Source of the DNA: Gemmatimonadales bacterium
GTDB taxonomy: Bacteria > Gemmatimonadota > Gemmatimonadetes > Gemmatimonadales > GWC2-71-9
Assembly (NCBI GenBank): GCA_039794085.1
Contig: JBDIWC010000003.1
Coordinates: 72,152-136,151, forward strand
Reading direction: 5' to 3'
Length of the DNA stretch: 64,000 bases
Positions within the stretch are counted from its first letter, which is position 1; each line of letters opens with the position of its first letter. Shown here in pieces: positions 50,388-60,416 of the stretch. Below the pieces are notes generated by a model that was not told where the DNA came from, did not search any database, and saw only the letters and a program-made list of their open reading frames with translations. Both the position numbers and the translations under genes were made by a program.

Positions 50388-50870
50388 GTCATCGCGAGGA
50401 CCCATGCCGTCATCGCGAGGGCCCGCAGGGCCCGTGGCGATCCCGTGAGCCCATGCCTTCCTGGCACGACGCAAGGTTGGCCATCCTGCCGGAGTTCTGC
50501 CATGCCGTCATCGCGAGGGCCCGCAGGGGGCCGTCATCGCGAGGGCCCGCAGGGCCCGTGGCGATCCCGTGAGCCCATGCCCGCCTGGCACGACGCAAGG
50601 TCGGCCATCCTGCCGGAGTTCTGCCAATGGGCCCCGGCATGAAGGCCGGCCACCCGCTCCCGGCGTCGGCCTCCGCTCACGAGATCGCCACGGCGGCCAA
50701 GGCCGCCTCGCGATGACGGCTCAGGCATGAAGGCCGGCCGCCCTCTCCCGAAGCCGACTTCCGCTCACGAGATCGCCACGTCGGCTTCGCCTCCTCGCGA
50801 TGACGGCCTCCGTGCGGTCCCGCGCCTCCTCGCGATGACGGCCTCCTTCACACTTCGAACTTCAAACTTC
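50388..50870. repeat. GTCATCGCGAG-family repeat cluster plus CTTCAAA heptamers
   Basis: Forward copies at 50388, 50409, 50507, 50533; inverse at 50707, 50794, 50829. Confidence 0.9.
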
Positions 50871-50913
50871 CGGGAAGGGGCCGCGGAGGAGGGGCCCGAT
50901 TACCTTTAGGGTC

Positions 50914-52158
50914 ATGACCGCCATGCCCCGCAGGGACACCCTCACCGTCCGCATTGGCGACGTCCCGGTGGGGTCCGCCCACCCCATCGTCGTCCAGTCG
51001 ATGACCAACACCGACACCGCCGACATCCCCGGCACCATCGCCCAGGCCGAGGCCCTGGCCCGGGCCGGAAGCGAGCTGGTCCGGGTCACCGTCAACACCG
51101 AGGACGCCGCCCGCGCCGTGCCCCACATCGTGGAGGGGCTCGCCGCCCGCGGCACTCCGGTCCCCATCGTCGGCGACTTCCACTACAACGGGCATCTCCT
51201 CCTCACCCGTCATCCCGACTGCGCCCGCAGACTGGCCAAGTACCGCATCAACCCCGGCAACGTGGGGGGCAAGCGCCAGGACGAGCACTTCCGCGCCATC
51301 CTCGACGTGGCCCTGGCCCACGAAAAGCCGATCCGGATCGGGGTCAACTGGGGCTCCCTCGACCAGCAACTCCTCACCGAGCTGATGGACGCCAACGCCG
51401 CCCTCCCCGCTCCCCGTGCGGCGCGGGACGTCACCATGGAGGCGATGGTCCAGAGTGCCCTTCGGTCCGCCGCCTTCGCGGAATCGGTCGGGATGCCGGC
51501 CGACCGGATCATCCTGAGCGCCAAGGTCAGCGGGGTGCAGGACCTGATCGACGTCTACCGCATGCTCGCCGCCCGCTGCCGCTTCCCCCTCCACCTCGGC
51601 CTCACCGAGGCGGGGCTCGGCATGAAGGGTGTCGTCGCCTCCGCGGCCGGACTCGCCGTGCTCCTGCAGGAGGGAATTGGAGACACCATCCGGATCTCCC
51701 TCACTCCCTCACCCGGCGGCGATCGCACCGAGGAGGTGCGGGTGGGGCAGCAGATCCTCCAGTCCCTCGATCTCCGGAGCTTCACGCCCCAGGTGACCAG
51801 CTGCCCCGGCTGCGGCCGGACCACCAGCACCTTCTTTCAGCAGATGGCGGAAGACATCCAGAACCACCTCCGGGAGCGTATGCCGGAGTGGAGGGTGACG
51901 CACCCCGGCGTGGAGGACCTCAAGGTGGCGGTCATGGGGTGCGTGGTGAACGGGCCCGGGGAATCGAAACACGCCCACATCGGCATCTCGCTGCCCGGCA
52001 CCTTCGAGGACCCCAAGGCGCCGGTGTATGTGGACGGCCGGCTGCATGTCACACTGAAGGGGGACGCGATCGTGCCCGAGTTTCTGCGCATCCTGGAACA
52101 GTATGTGGACACCCGGTACCCGGCCGAGCCAGGAGCCCCCATCGGCGTCGCGCCGTGA
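50914..52158 (+). CDS. ispG: (E)-4-hydroxy-3-methylbut-2-enyl-diphosphate synthase
   Basis: [49 protein letters not shown]. Confidence 0.97.
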   Translation: MTAMPRRDTLTVRIGDVPVGSAHPIVVQSMTNTDTADIPGTIAQAEALARAGSELVRVTVNTEDAARAVPHIVEGLAARGTPVPIVGDFHYNGHLLLTRHPDCARRLAKYRINPGNVGGKRQDEHFRAILDVALAHEKPIRIGVNWGSLDQQLLTELMDANAALPAPRAARDVTMEAMVQSALRSAAFAESVGMPADRIILSAKVSGVQDLIDVYRMLAARCRFPLHLGLTEAGLGMKGVVASAAGLAVLLQEGIGDTIRISLTPSPGGDRTEEVRVGQQILQSLDLRSFTPQVTSCPGCGRTTSTFFQQMAEDIQNHLRERMPEWRVTHPGVEDLKVAVMGCVVNGPGESKHAHIGISLPGTFEDPKAPVYVDGRLHVTLKGDAIVPEFLRILEQYVDTRYPAEPGAPIGVAP

Positions 52159-52850
52159 TCGCCGATCTCCCCCTGCTGGAACGGCCGCTGGCGGCACTTC
52201 CCGTCATCTTCGGCGCGGGGCTCGTCACCAGCCTCACGCCGTGTGTCTATCCGATGATCCCCATCACCGCCGGGATTCTGGGCGGCGAGGGCGCCGTGGG
52301 CCGGTCGCGGAAACGCACCGTGGTGCTCACCGGGGTCTATGTGCTGGGGCTCGCGCTGGTCTACGCCTCACTGGGTCTTCTGGCGGGCCTCACGGGGACG
52401 CTGTTCGGGACGGTGAGCTCCAATCCCTGGGCCTACTTCCTCTTCGGGAATCTGCTCCTGGTGCTTGGACTCGGCATGCTGGATGTCTTTCCCATGGCGG
52501 CCCCCCAGCGCTGGGTGGCCTGGGCCTCCCGATTCGGCGGCGGGTCGGTGGGCGGCGTGTTCCTGATGGGGGCCACGTCGGGACTCGTGGCGGCGCCCTG
52601 CGGCGCGCCGGCCTTCGGTGCCATTCTCACGTTCGTGGGCGGCACCGGGAGCCCCCTCTGGGGCTTCATCTATCTCTTCGTGTTCTCGCTCGGCATGACG
52701 GCGCTGCTGGTGGGGGTGGGGCTCTCGTCGGGCCTCATCGCCTCGCTCCCCAGGCCGGGGCGCTGGACCGGGATGGTGAAGAAGGCCGGCGGCGTGCTGA
52801 TCCTGGCGATGGCGGAATATTATTTCGTGCAGATGGGGAAGGTACTGTAG
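52155..52850 (+). CDS. DsbD/CcdA-type transmembrane thiol-disulfide protein
   Basis: [12 protein letters not shown] and AAPCGAP; GTG overlapping the ispG stop. Confidence 0.88.
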   Translation: MIADLPLLERPLAALPVIFGAGLVTSLTPCVYPMIPITAGILGGEGAVGRSRKRTVVLTGVYVLGLALVYASLGLLAGLTGTLFGTVSSNPWAYFLFGNLLLVLGLGMLDVFPMAAPQRWVAWASRFGGGSVGGVFLMGATSGLVAAPCGAPAFGAILTFVGGTGSPLWGFIYLFVFSLGMTALLVGVGLSSGLIASLPRPGRWTGMVKKAGGVLILAMAEYYFVQMGKVL

Positions 52851-53075
52851 GCGGTAGGCGGGAGGCGATAGGCGATAGGGGAAACGCCCCAGGGGCGATC
52901 GCGCAGCGTCGCCCGAGGCCCGGATGTTCCCGGGAACGTTTCGCAGGGGCGATGCGCAGCGTCGCCCGAGGCCCGGATGTTTCCGGGAACGTTTTACAGG
53001 GGGTGACGCATGCGTCGCCCGTGCCCCGGATGTTCCAGTAGCCATATTCAAGGGCGACGCCCAGCGTCGCCCGAG
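52848..53075. repeat. TAGGCGR heptamers plus about 53-bp tandem units containing a GGGCGA..GC..GCGTCGCCC palindrome
   Basis: Four palindrome variants at roughly 53-bp spacing. Confidence 0.8.
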
Positions 53076-53097
53076 CTTTCAGATGCAAGGAGTTCTC

Positions 53098-53610
53098 ATG
53101 AAGCGCACCATCCTCGCCCTCGCCGCCCTCGGGGCCCTCACGGCCCTCCCGGCCGAGGCCCAGTTCGACGAGGGCCTCCCGGTCGGCAGCAAAGCTCCGG
53201 TCGTCGTCGTCAACGATCTCGACGGGAACCCCTTCGACCTCGGCACCGTAATCGGGAAGAAGCCGGTCTTCCTCGAGTTCTGGGCCACCTGGTGCACCAT
53301 CTGCGAGGAACTCCTCCCCACCGTCAAGGCGGTGCACCGGAAGTACGGCGACCGGGTCGAGTGGATCGGGGTGAACGTGACGGTGAACCAGTCGGTGAAC
53401 CGGGTCCGGCGCTATCTCGAGACCCACGAACCCCCGTTCCGCACCCTCTACGACAGCAAGGGAGCCGCGGTGCGGGCCTACGAGGCTCCCACCACGTCTC
53501 ATGTGGTCGTGGTGAATGCTCAGGGGATCGTGGTCTATACGGGGAGCGGCGGAAAGCAGGACCTCGAGGCCGCCATCAAGCTGGCGCTGGGAGACGGGGG
53601 GGGGGCCTGA
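53098..53610 (+). CDS. TlpA-family thiol-disulfide oxidoreductase
   Basis: Signal peptide; FWATWCTIC. Confidence 0.9.
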   Translation: MKRTILALAALGALTALPAEAQFDEGLPVGSKAPVVVVNDLDGNPFDLGTVIGKKPVFLEFWATWCTICEELLPTVKAVHRKYGDRVEWIGVNVTVNQSVNRVRRYLETHEPPFRTLYDSKGAAVRAYEAPTTSHVVVVNAQGIVVYTGSGGKQDLEAAIKLALGDGGGA

Positions 53611-54185
53611 TGCCCGGCGGCAGGCTCCTCGGCGTGGCCGGAGTGGCGGCCCTCCTCGTGGCGGCGCCTCCCGGCGCCCGGGAGGGGGCGGCGCAGGAGC
53701 GGACCGGGATCCGGGTTCGCATCGTGGGGGCCCCGGCGGTGGGGAGGGAGGCCCCGCAGGTGGAGGCGCCCTACGTTACCCGGGCGGGGCCGGGGCCGGC
53801 CGACCAGCCCTTCCGGCTCTCGGCGGAGCTGGGCCGGGCGGTGATCATCCTGATCGGCGCCGAGGATGAGTTCCTGCGGGAGCTGGGCGCCCGGGCCGAC
53901 TCGGCGATGCCGGGGATCCAGGTGGCGGTCCTGGTGCGGGAGGATGTGGCCCGGGCCGCGGAGCATGCCGCGGCGCTGGACATCCCGTTCAAGCTCCTGG
54001 CCGACCCCGGCGGGGAGATCCACCGGAGCTTCGGGGGCCGGGACGCGGGCGGCCGGGGCGGGGCCACCGCCTGGGTGGTGAACTCGCTGGGGACGATCGA
54101 GGCGAAGCTGGAGGGGATGGTGGCCGGGGATGTGTCCCGGATGGCGCGGCTGGAGACGATGGCCCGGGCCGCGGCGGGGCGGTAG
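53610..54185 (+). CDS. Exported redoxin/peroxiredoxin-fold protein lacking cysteines
   Basis: VGREAP, PFKLLADPGGEI..SFG, WVVN..G.I; no Cys. Confidence 0.6.
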   Translation: MPGGRLLGVAGVAALLVAAPPGAREGAAQERTGIRVRIVGAPAVGREAPQVEAPYVTRAGPGPADQPFRLSAELGRAVIILIGAEDEFLRELGARADSAMPGIQVAVLVREDVARAAEHAAALDIPFKLLADPGGEIHRSFGGRDAGGRGGATAWVVNSLGTIEAKLEGMVAGDVSRMARLETMARAAAGR

Positions 54186-54225
54186 CCCTCACCCCTGGCC
54201 CCTCTCCCGCATGGCGGGAGAGGGG
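54186..54225. repeat. CCCTCACCCC...CCCCTCTCCCGC-ATG-GCGGGAGAGGGG palindromic element
   Basis: Perfect 12-bp stem (54199-54225) right after a stop codon. Confidence 0.7.
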
Positions 54226-54236
54226 AACTGCGGCCC

Positions 54237-54741
54237 GTCATCGCGAGGAGGCTGTCATCGCGAGGGCCCGCAGGGCCCGTGGCGATCCCGTGAGCCCATG
54301 CCGGCCCGACGAGACGCGGGGTTGGCCATCCCGCCGGAACCCCCGGATGCTGTCATCGCGAGGGCCCGCAGGGGCAATGCCGTCATCGCGAGGGCCCGGC
54401 AGGGCCCGTGGCGATCCCGTGAGCCCATGCCGGCCTGACGAGAGACAGGGCTGGCCATCCCGCCGGAACTCCCGGAGGCTGTCATCGCGAGGGCCCGCAG
54501 GGCCCGTGGCGATCCCGTGAGCCCATGCTGGCCTGACGCGACGGCAAGGCGGGCCATCTCACCGGAACCCTCCCCACCCGGGCTCCGGCAGGAAGGCCGA
54601 CCTGGCGTCTCGCGGCATCGGAATCGGCTCACGGGATCGCCACGTCGGCTTCGCCTCCTCGCGATGACGAGTTCCCAACCCCCAATACCCAATACCCAGC
54701 CCCCCAGCCCCCAACACCCAACACCCAACACCCAACACCCC
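54237..54741. repeat. GTCATCGCGAG-family cluster plus AACACCC/AATACCC heptamers
   Basis: Forward copies at 54237, 54254, 54352, 54382, 54481; inverse at 54658. Confidence 0.9.
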
Positions 54742-55065
54742 CCCCGGCATCCTGCCATGATCCCGGCAGATTCCCCCCGGGCGGTGGTCCGTCCGGGTGC
54801 GGGAATGGTACCGCCGGGGGGGCCGAAACGGGGGGTAAAATGGCCCCGCCAATGTGACGCAAGTCACCATTTTGCAGGAATTTGGACCAACTTTGGTGAC
54901 GCCCGTCACTGAACCCCGCTTGCGGACCCGTTAGCTTGTCTCCACGCTCCTTTCAGGCATGCGGATTGCCGGGAAGGTGCAGTTGCGGGCACGGTGTCCA
55001 GGATTTGACCCCGGTTCGCAACGCCATGACCGCCAAGACGTTTTCCGGGATGGACTTGCAAAGGG

Positions 55066-55094
55066 TTGACCGATTTCCTCCGGCGCACTATCTT
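55066..55094 (+). promoter_or_regulatory. Sigma70-type promoter of the surface-protein gene
   Basis: TTGACC-17 bp-TATCTT. Confidence 0.65.
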
Positions 55095-55345
55095 GGCATG
55101 TTGTTTTACATGCGGGATATCCGTACTTGGGCCGTCCGACGTTCGGAATCAACGGGACTCACAGGCGCGGTCCCGCCCTGTCTCGTTGCCTTGCCGGCGC
55201 CAACCGTTCAGGGACGAGGACCCGCGAAAGTGACAGGGTCGCAATCGCAGGTGTCATCACGCAGGTCGCAGGAGATGGAGCAGCAAGGCAACTAACTGGA
55301 GTTGGAGCAGAAGTTCGTAGCACACACAACAATCAGGGGGAGTGA

Positions 55346-58030
55346 ATGAACAAGCTTTACCGTTCTCTACTAGTGGCTGGTCTGGCCGTCGTTGGCCTCG
55401 CCGGCTGCGGTGACGACGTCACGGTGGCACCGCCGCCGCCACCGCCGCCGCCACCACCGGTCGTCATCACCGTCACCGTCGCGCCGAATGGGGTCACCAT
55501 TCCGGTGGGCGGCACGGTGCAGCTCGCCGCCGCGGTGTCCGGCGTCACCGGCGCCACGGTCACCTGGAGCAGCAGCAACGCCTCCGTCGCCACCGTGAGC
55601 GGAACCGGTCTGGTGACCGGTGTGGCTCCCGGTAGCGTCGGCATCACCGCAACCGCCACGAAGGACGGCGCCACCGGCCAGGGCTCGGCCACCATCACGG
55701 TCAGCTCGACCCAGACCACCCCGGCCACGATCAGCATCAACTCGGTGACCACTGCAGCGGGCGCTCCTGTCGTCCTCGCAGCGGCGGCCGGCCAGTTGAA
55801 TGTGGCCCTGAACCTCGATCGCGGTGGCGAAAACGTCCAGCGCGTCGAGCTCCTCCTCGACGGCACCGTCGTCGGAACCCAGAACTTCTCGCTCCTGGCC
55901 AGCAAGGCCCAGGAGGCCGGTGAGGAGTTCGATGCAGTGGAAGTTATCGTCATCCCCTTCAACACCGCTGCTTTCGATGCCGTGACCGGTGTCGCGCAGT
56001 TCCTGAATGGGGCCCACACCCTCTCGGCTCGGGTCATCACCGCCGAGAACCAGACCGGAACGGCCTCACCGTCGCTTTCGATCACCTTGGCGAACGTCAG
56101 CTTCATCGCGATCACGGTTGAAGTTCAGAACGGTGCCTCAGCAAACAGCGCCACCGGCATCCTCTGGCAGACCGGTGACATCGTCGCCGTTGCCGTGCCG
56201 GTTCTCTACATTGCTGGATCGCCCGCCATTCAGCAGATCGTCCTGACTCCGACTGGCCTTAACCCGAAGACCCTCACCGCAGCTCCGTTCACTGCGACAT
56301 GGGCCAAGGGGACCACCGTGGCCAACGGCGGTGCAGGCAGCGGGAATGGCGGCATTGAAGTCGCGGGTCTCGTTGTTGCTGCGAACTCAACCGTTGGCGG
56401 AGCCGTGGGCCCGGTCGGTACCAGCGCTGCCATCAATTTCGACACCAAGGCACCGGGGGCCCCGACGTTCGTGGCCAACCCGAACAACCGCCAGAACGGC
56501 TGGATCAACGCAGCCGTCGGTCTGGTGGGCCTGAATACCTCCGCCACCGACAACGACTGGCTGGTCAATGGTGCGGCCGATGCGGGCGTGGGTGGTTACA
56601 TCCGGATCATCCGGATCGGCAACGGCCCGACCGCGGCCGACGCCATCAGCAAGCCCGGGGAGACGGCGCCTGCGCTGCCCGCCCCGACGCTGACCAACAC
56701 CACGCTCTGCGCGGTGATCAGTGCGAAGGACTTGCTGGACAACGAGTCCAACCGGCCGAGTGGCAGCACCACCTGCACTGCGCCCCCGGTTGCCTCGAAC
56801 ACTGCCGTCGCAGCCCAGCACCTGCTGTTCGGTGTGGACGTTGATTCTCCGACCATTGCCTTCTCGGGTGGTCTGGCCTCCAATGCCCGCCTGAATGGTG
56901 GCACCGTGGGTGCCGAGTTCCAGGTGACCGTCGCTGATGTCGGCACGGTCGGCAACTCCGGCATGCTGAGCGGCGCCTCGGTCATCGGCACCGTCCAGAT
57001 CCGGAATGCCACCGGCACCTCCTGCTTCATTGGTGCGGTGGTCAGCGGTGTCTGTACGAACGCCATCATCAACCCAGCTCCGGCCTTCCCGCTCGTTCCG
57101 ACCCTCACGGTCGCGGGGAACGCCACGGTCGGGTATTACACGGCGAACCTCATTGCCCAGGATGCGGCCGGCAACATGACCGCTCCGGTGACCCGTGTGA
57201 TCGTGTTCGATCCGGCTGCTAATGTGCCGGCGCTCACGACCGCCCTCTTCAACACCCCGCTGAACGGACCGCAGGTGGTCTTCAACGCCAACGGGTCGGA
57301 CAACCTCGACCTCCGCGACGTCAGCTACACGATGTCCTACGGGGCGAATGCGGTCCTCGGCGGGCCGATTCAGTTCCCGCTGGTGGTTCTCAACACCTTC
57401 AACGTCGCGCCGCTGGTGAACTCCAACGTGCCGGCCGGACTGACGATCCTTCAGTTCATGCGGCGGCTTGAAGGGGCCACGAACGGTGCGGTCGGTCCGT
57501 TGACCGTAACGGCTGGTGAAGTGCCGAGTCAGATCGATGGCACGATCCGGGACCAGGCCAACAACACGTTCGGTCCGGTCACCACGGCGATCCCGGGTGG
57601 TTCAGTTACTCCCGGCGCTTCGTACACCACAGCTGCTGCAGCACAGTTGATCAACACGTGGAACGTCACGAACGCGGCCACCAACGTCTCGAACGGCGCT
57701 GGACCGGGCGCGGCGGTCAACCCGCTGTCCGTGACCCTGAATGCGGACGTCTTCGGTCCGACGGCAACATTCAACCCGCCGTTCGCCCGAGTCGACTTCT
57801 ACACGGTGGTTGCTGGTCCGCTGCTTGTTCAGATCGGGTCGGCTACGGCGGTGAGCAGCACGGTTGACGATGGCTCGGCCAACGGTCGCCGTCATCGCTA
57901 CTCGTTCACTTGGACCCCGGGTGCAGCACAGCCCGTGGGTGTCGCGCCCATCATCGCCATCGGTGTGAATGCCGCTGGAGATGCAATCGCGACCGCTGCC
58001 AACAACAACATCACCGTCACCAACCCGTAA
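55346..58030 (+). CDS. Large Ig-like (Big_2) surface lipoprotein, S-layer/adhesin-like
   Basis: LAGC lipobox, poly-Pro linker, VTWSSSNASVATVSGTGLVTGVAPG; rich in Ala/Thr/Gly/Val/Asn. Confidence 0.85.
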   Translation: MNKLYRSLLVAGLAVVGLAGCGDDVTVAPPPPPPPPPPVVITVTVAPNGVTIPVGGTVQLAAAVSGVTGATVTWSSSNASVATVSGTGLVTGVAPGSVGITATATKDGATGQGSATITVSSTQTTPATISINSVTTAAGAPVVLAAAAGQLNVALNLDRGGENVQRVELLLDGTVVGTQNFSLLASKAQEAGEEFDAVEVIVIPFNTAAFDAVTGVAQFLNGAHTLSARVITAENQTGTASPSLSITLANVSFIAITVEVQNGASANSATGILWQTGDIVAVAVPVLYIAGSPAIQQIVLTPTGLNPKTLTAAPFTATWAKGTTVANGGAGSGNGGIEVAGLVVAANSTVGGAVGPVGTSAAINFDTKAPGAPTFVANPNNRQNGWINAAVGLVGLNTSATDNDWLVNGAADAGVGGYIRIIRIGNGPTAADAISKPGETAPALPAPTLTNTTLCAVISAKDLLDNESNRPSGSTTCTAPPVASNTAVAAQHLLFGVDVDSPTIAFSGGLASNARLNGGTVGAEFQVTVADVGTVGNSGMLSGASVIGTVQIRNATGTSCFIGAVVSGVCTNAIINPAPAFPLVPTLTVAGNATVGYYTANLIAQDAAGNMTAPVTRVIVFDPAANVPALTTALFNTPLNGPQVVFNANGSDNLDLRDVSYTMSYGANAVLGGPIQFPLVVLNTFNVAPLVNSNVPAGLTILQFMRRLEGATNGAVGPLTVTAGEVPSQIDGTIRDQANNTFGPVTTAIPGGSVTPGASYTTAAAAQLINTWNVTNAATNVSNGAGPGAAVNPLSVTLNADVFGPTATFNPPFARVDFYTVVAGPLLVQIGSATAVSSTVDDGSANGRRHRYSFTWTPGAAQPVGVAPIIAIGVNAAGDAIATAANNNITVTNP

Positions 58031-58070
58031 GGTTCAGCTCGACCGAATCTTTCGGAATCGAACGACCAGG

Positions 58071-58102
58071 GAGGGTCCGGGCACATCGCCCGGGCCCTTT
58101 CT
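58071..58102 (+). terminator. Intrinsic terminator after the surface-protein gene
   Basis: AGGGTCCGGGC-ACATC-GCCCGGGCCCT then TTCT. Confidence 0.7.
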
Positions 58103-58125
58103 GCGTTCCGGGGGCTAACGCCCCG

Positions 58126-58646
58126 GAAGTTTGAAGTTCGAAGTTATAGGGGCGGTCCGTGGACCGCCCCAGGGGCGATGCGCTGCGCCGCCCGAGGCCC
58201 GTCATTGCAGGGGGCCGTGTGCCGGGGCGAGGTGGGGAAGTTCGAAGTGTGAAGTTTGAAGCGAATCGAAATGATCCCTTCGTCACCCGTCGAACTTCAC
58301 ACTTCCCTGGTGGGCGACGTGCTCTCCTACCTGGCCGGTGGGATGAGCGAGGACCGAGCGCGAGCGTCGACTGGCGAGCGTTCCCGGCAGCTGAGCCGAC
58401 CTTGCGCGACGCCCCCGCATGAAGCTGCTGTTCGATGAGAACCTCGCACATGAGTTCGTATTTCCCGGGGCTCACGCCCCTTGCTCGGCCGCGGGAGGTG
58501 GCTCACGCCACCCGTGCTCGGGTGCACGCCCGGCCGTGTGAACGGCCTCTTGCCGCCGAGCCCGGGGCGTCAGCCCCGTGGTTTATGATATCGATCGCCT
58601 CTCACCGCCGAGCCCGGGGTGTGTACGGGCGGTTCGTGAACCGCCC
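58126..58646. repeat. REP-like cluster left of the Y1 transposase
   Basis: GAAGTTT heptamers; GCCGAGCCCGGGGCGTCAGCCCCG at 58555; GTACGGGCGGTTCGTGAACCGCCC 58623-58646. Confidence 0.8.
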
Positions 58647-58749
58647 TTTCCCGTCGTTCACGAACGCGAGTCGTGCGTGCTGCGTTTCCTGGATTGGCTG
58701 ACCGTTGAAATGGTTACGGCCGTCGGCCAGATCCTACGATACTTCCTGC

Positions 58750-59154
58750 ATGCGCCATCGCGTCTACTTCCATCTGGTTTGGACCACCCAGGACCGGATG
58801 CCCTTGATTGATGAGGACCGCGCTCGGTGCCTCCGTCGCCTTGTGCCCACGATCGCCCGGGAGGCCGGGGCTCATCTGATGGGGCTGGGTATCGTCACGA
58901 CCCACCTCCATGTCCTGGTGCGAGTACCTCCCGGTTTTGATTGCGGGCGGTTCGTTGGCCGAACCAAGTCGGTGAGTGCCCTGCTGGCCCGGCGGGACCG
59001 ACTGGGGGATCAGTCACGCCCGCTTCGGTGGGTGGAGGGATACTCGGTGACGAGCGTGGGGCCCGGAGAGGTGGACCGGGTGCAACAGTATGTCCTTGGA
59101 CAGTCGCGGCGCCATCCCCGCGAGGCGATCGGGGGAACTCGCACGGCGGACTGA
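58750..59154 (+). mobile_element. tnpA: IS200/IS605-family HUH (Y1) transposase, RAYT-like context
   Basis: FHLVWTT..R.P, HLH (HUH), K..S, W.EGY...SV, Y...Q; no tnpB. Confidence 0.85.
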
Positions 59155-59169
59155 GGCCACGGGTGAGCG

Positions 59170-59350
59170 CCCGGCCGTGGGAACGGCCTCTCTCCGCCGA
59201 GCCCGGGGCGTCAGCCCCGTGGTTTACGCATCGATTTCCCGGGGGAAGGGCGGTTCACGAACCGCCCCTACGCGCCACCGAGAGCCTAGGTGCACACCTG
59301 GCCGTGTGAACGGCCTCTCGCCGCCGAGCCCGGGGTGTCAACCCCGGGGT
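59170..59350. repeat. REP-like cluster right of the Y1 transposase
   Basis: GCCGAGCCCGGGG.GTCA.CCCCG at 59196 and 59323; GGGCGGTTCACGAACCGCCCCTAC 59248-59271. Confidence 0.82.
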
Positions 59351-59443
59351 TCACGAAACCGACCGCCCTTTGCTCGGCCGCGTTGCCATTGTTTTCCGGG
59401 GTGGGGCGGTTCACCAGGTCGACTGCCCTACCCCCTTCGAGAG

Positions 59444-59475
59444 CAAAGGTATTACATTCGAAAGTAATACCTTTG
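59444..59475. promoter_or_regulatory. Putative VapBC autoregulatory operator
   Basis: Perfect 12-bp inverted repeat CAAAGGTATTAC-8 bp-GTAATACCTTTG just upstream of the antitoxin gene. Confidence 0.7.
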
Positions 59476-59497
59476 TACCCTCGGGTCAGGAGGCGTC

Positions 59498-59734
59498 ATG
59501 AAGATCACCAGCAAGGGGCAAGTCACCATTCCGGTCGAGATCCGCGAGCGTTTCGGATTGCTCCCCCAGACCGAGGTCGAGTTCACCATCCGCGATGGCC
59601 ACGTGGTGCTGCGTCGTCCCGTGCGGGGGGGCCGCCCGGGGAAGCGGGGTCAGGCTCTCGTGGAGCATCTCCGGGGCCGCGCCACCGAACGCCTGACCAC
59701 CGACGAAATCCTGGCGCTGACCCGCGAGGGGTGA
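59498..59734 (+). CDS. vapB: AbrB/MazE-type antitoxin
   Basis: MKITSKGQVTIP..IRE.FGL; AGGAGG RBS. Confidence 0.88.
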   Translation: MKITSKGQVTIPVEIRERFGLLPQTEVEFTIRDGHVVLRRPVRGGRPGKRGQALVEHLRGRATERLTTDEILALTREG

Positions 59735-59738
59735 TTCG

Positions 59739-60146
59739 GTGGGCCGCGTTCTGGTGGACAGCAACGTGCTGCTCGACATCCTGACCGACGATCCGGTCTG
59801 GGCGGAGTGGTCGGCGGAGGTGCTGAGCGAGGTGGGGGATGAATCGGTCCTCGTGATCAACCCGATCATCTACGCCGAGGTCTCGGTGGGCCTCCGCCGG
59901 ATCGAGGAACTCGAGGAGGTGCTTTCTCCGGAGTGGATCCAGCGCGAGCCCTTGCCGTGGGACGCGGCGTTTCTGGCCGGGAAGTGTTTTCTGAAGTATC
60001 GTCGCCACCGGGGAACCAGACGGTCACCGCCGCTTCCCGACTTTTACATCGGCGCGCACGCCGCGGTGCGGGGGATGACGCTCATCACCCGGGATCCGCG
60101 CCGGTATCTCACGTACTTTCCCGGCCTCTCGATCGTCTGCCCGTGA
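59739..60146 (+). CDS. vapC: PIN-domain VapC toxin
   Basis: VLVDSNVLLD, YAE, PDFYIGAHA, LITRD. Confidence 0.92.
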   Translation: MGRVLVDSNVLLDILTDDPVWAEWSAEVLSEVGDESVLVINPIIYAEVSVGLRRIEELEEVLSPEWIQREPLPWDAAFLAGKCFLKYRRHRGTRRSPPLPDFYIGAHAAVRGMTLITRDPRRYLTYFPGLSIVCP

Positions 60147-60153
60147 GAAGTGT

Positions 60154-60416
60154 GTAGGGGCGACGCATGCGTCGCCCGAGTCCCACGCGGCAACGGAGGG
60201 CGCCGTTGGCCTGCCTTCATGCCAGGACCGACTTGCCTGCTCCGGCATGATGGCCACCCTGGTGTCTCGTCAGGTCGGCATCGGTTCACGAGATCGCCAC
60301 GGGCCCTGCGGGCCCTCGCGATGACGGCATCCCCAACACCCAACACCCAATACCTAACATCCAATACCCAATACCCAATACCCAACACCCGGGCGACGCA
60401 TGCGTCGCCCCTACAC
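60154..60416. repeat. Inverted GTAG REP pair enclosing a GTCATCGCGAG unit and heptamers
   Basis: GTAGGGGCGACGCATGCGTCGCCC 60154-60177 and its exact inverse 60391-60414. Confidence 0.9.

Noticed and set aside
47900..50909. Short ORFs with recurring peptides such as VIARARRARGD or GPCGPSR
   Set aside because: Translations of the palindromic repeats, not proteins.
55100..55345. c-di-GMP or other known riboswitch in the surface-protein leader
   Set aside because: A GAAA-capped hairpin is present but I could not match a consensus; kept only as a structured leader.
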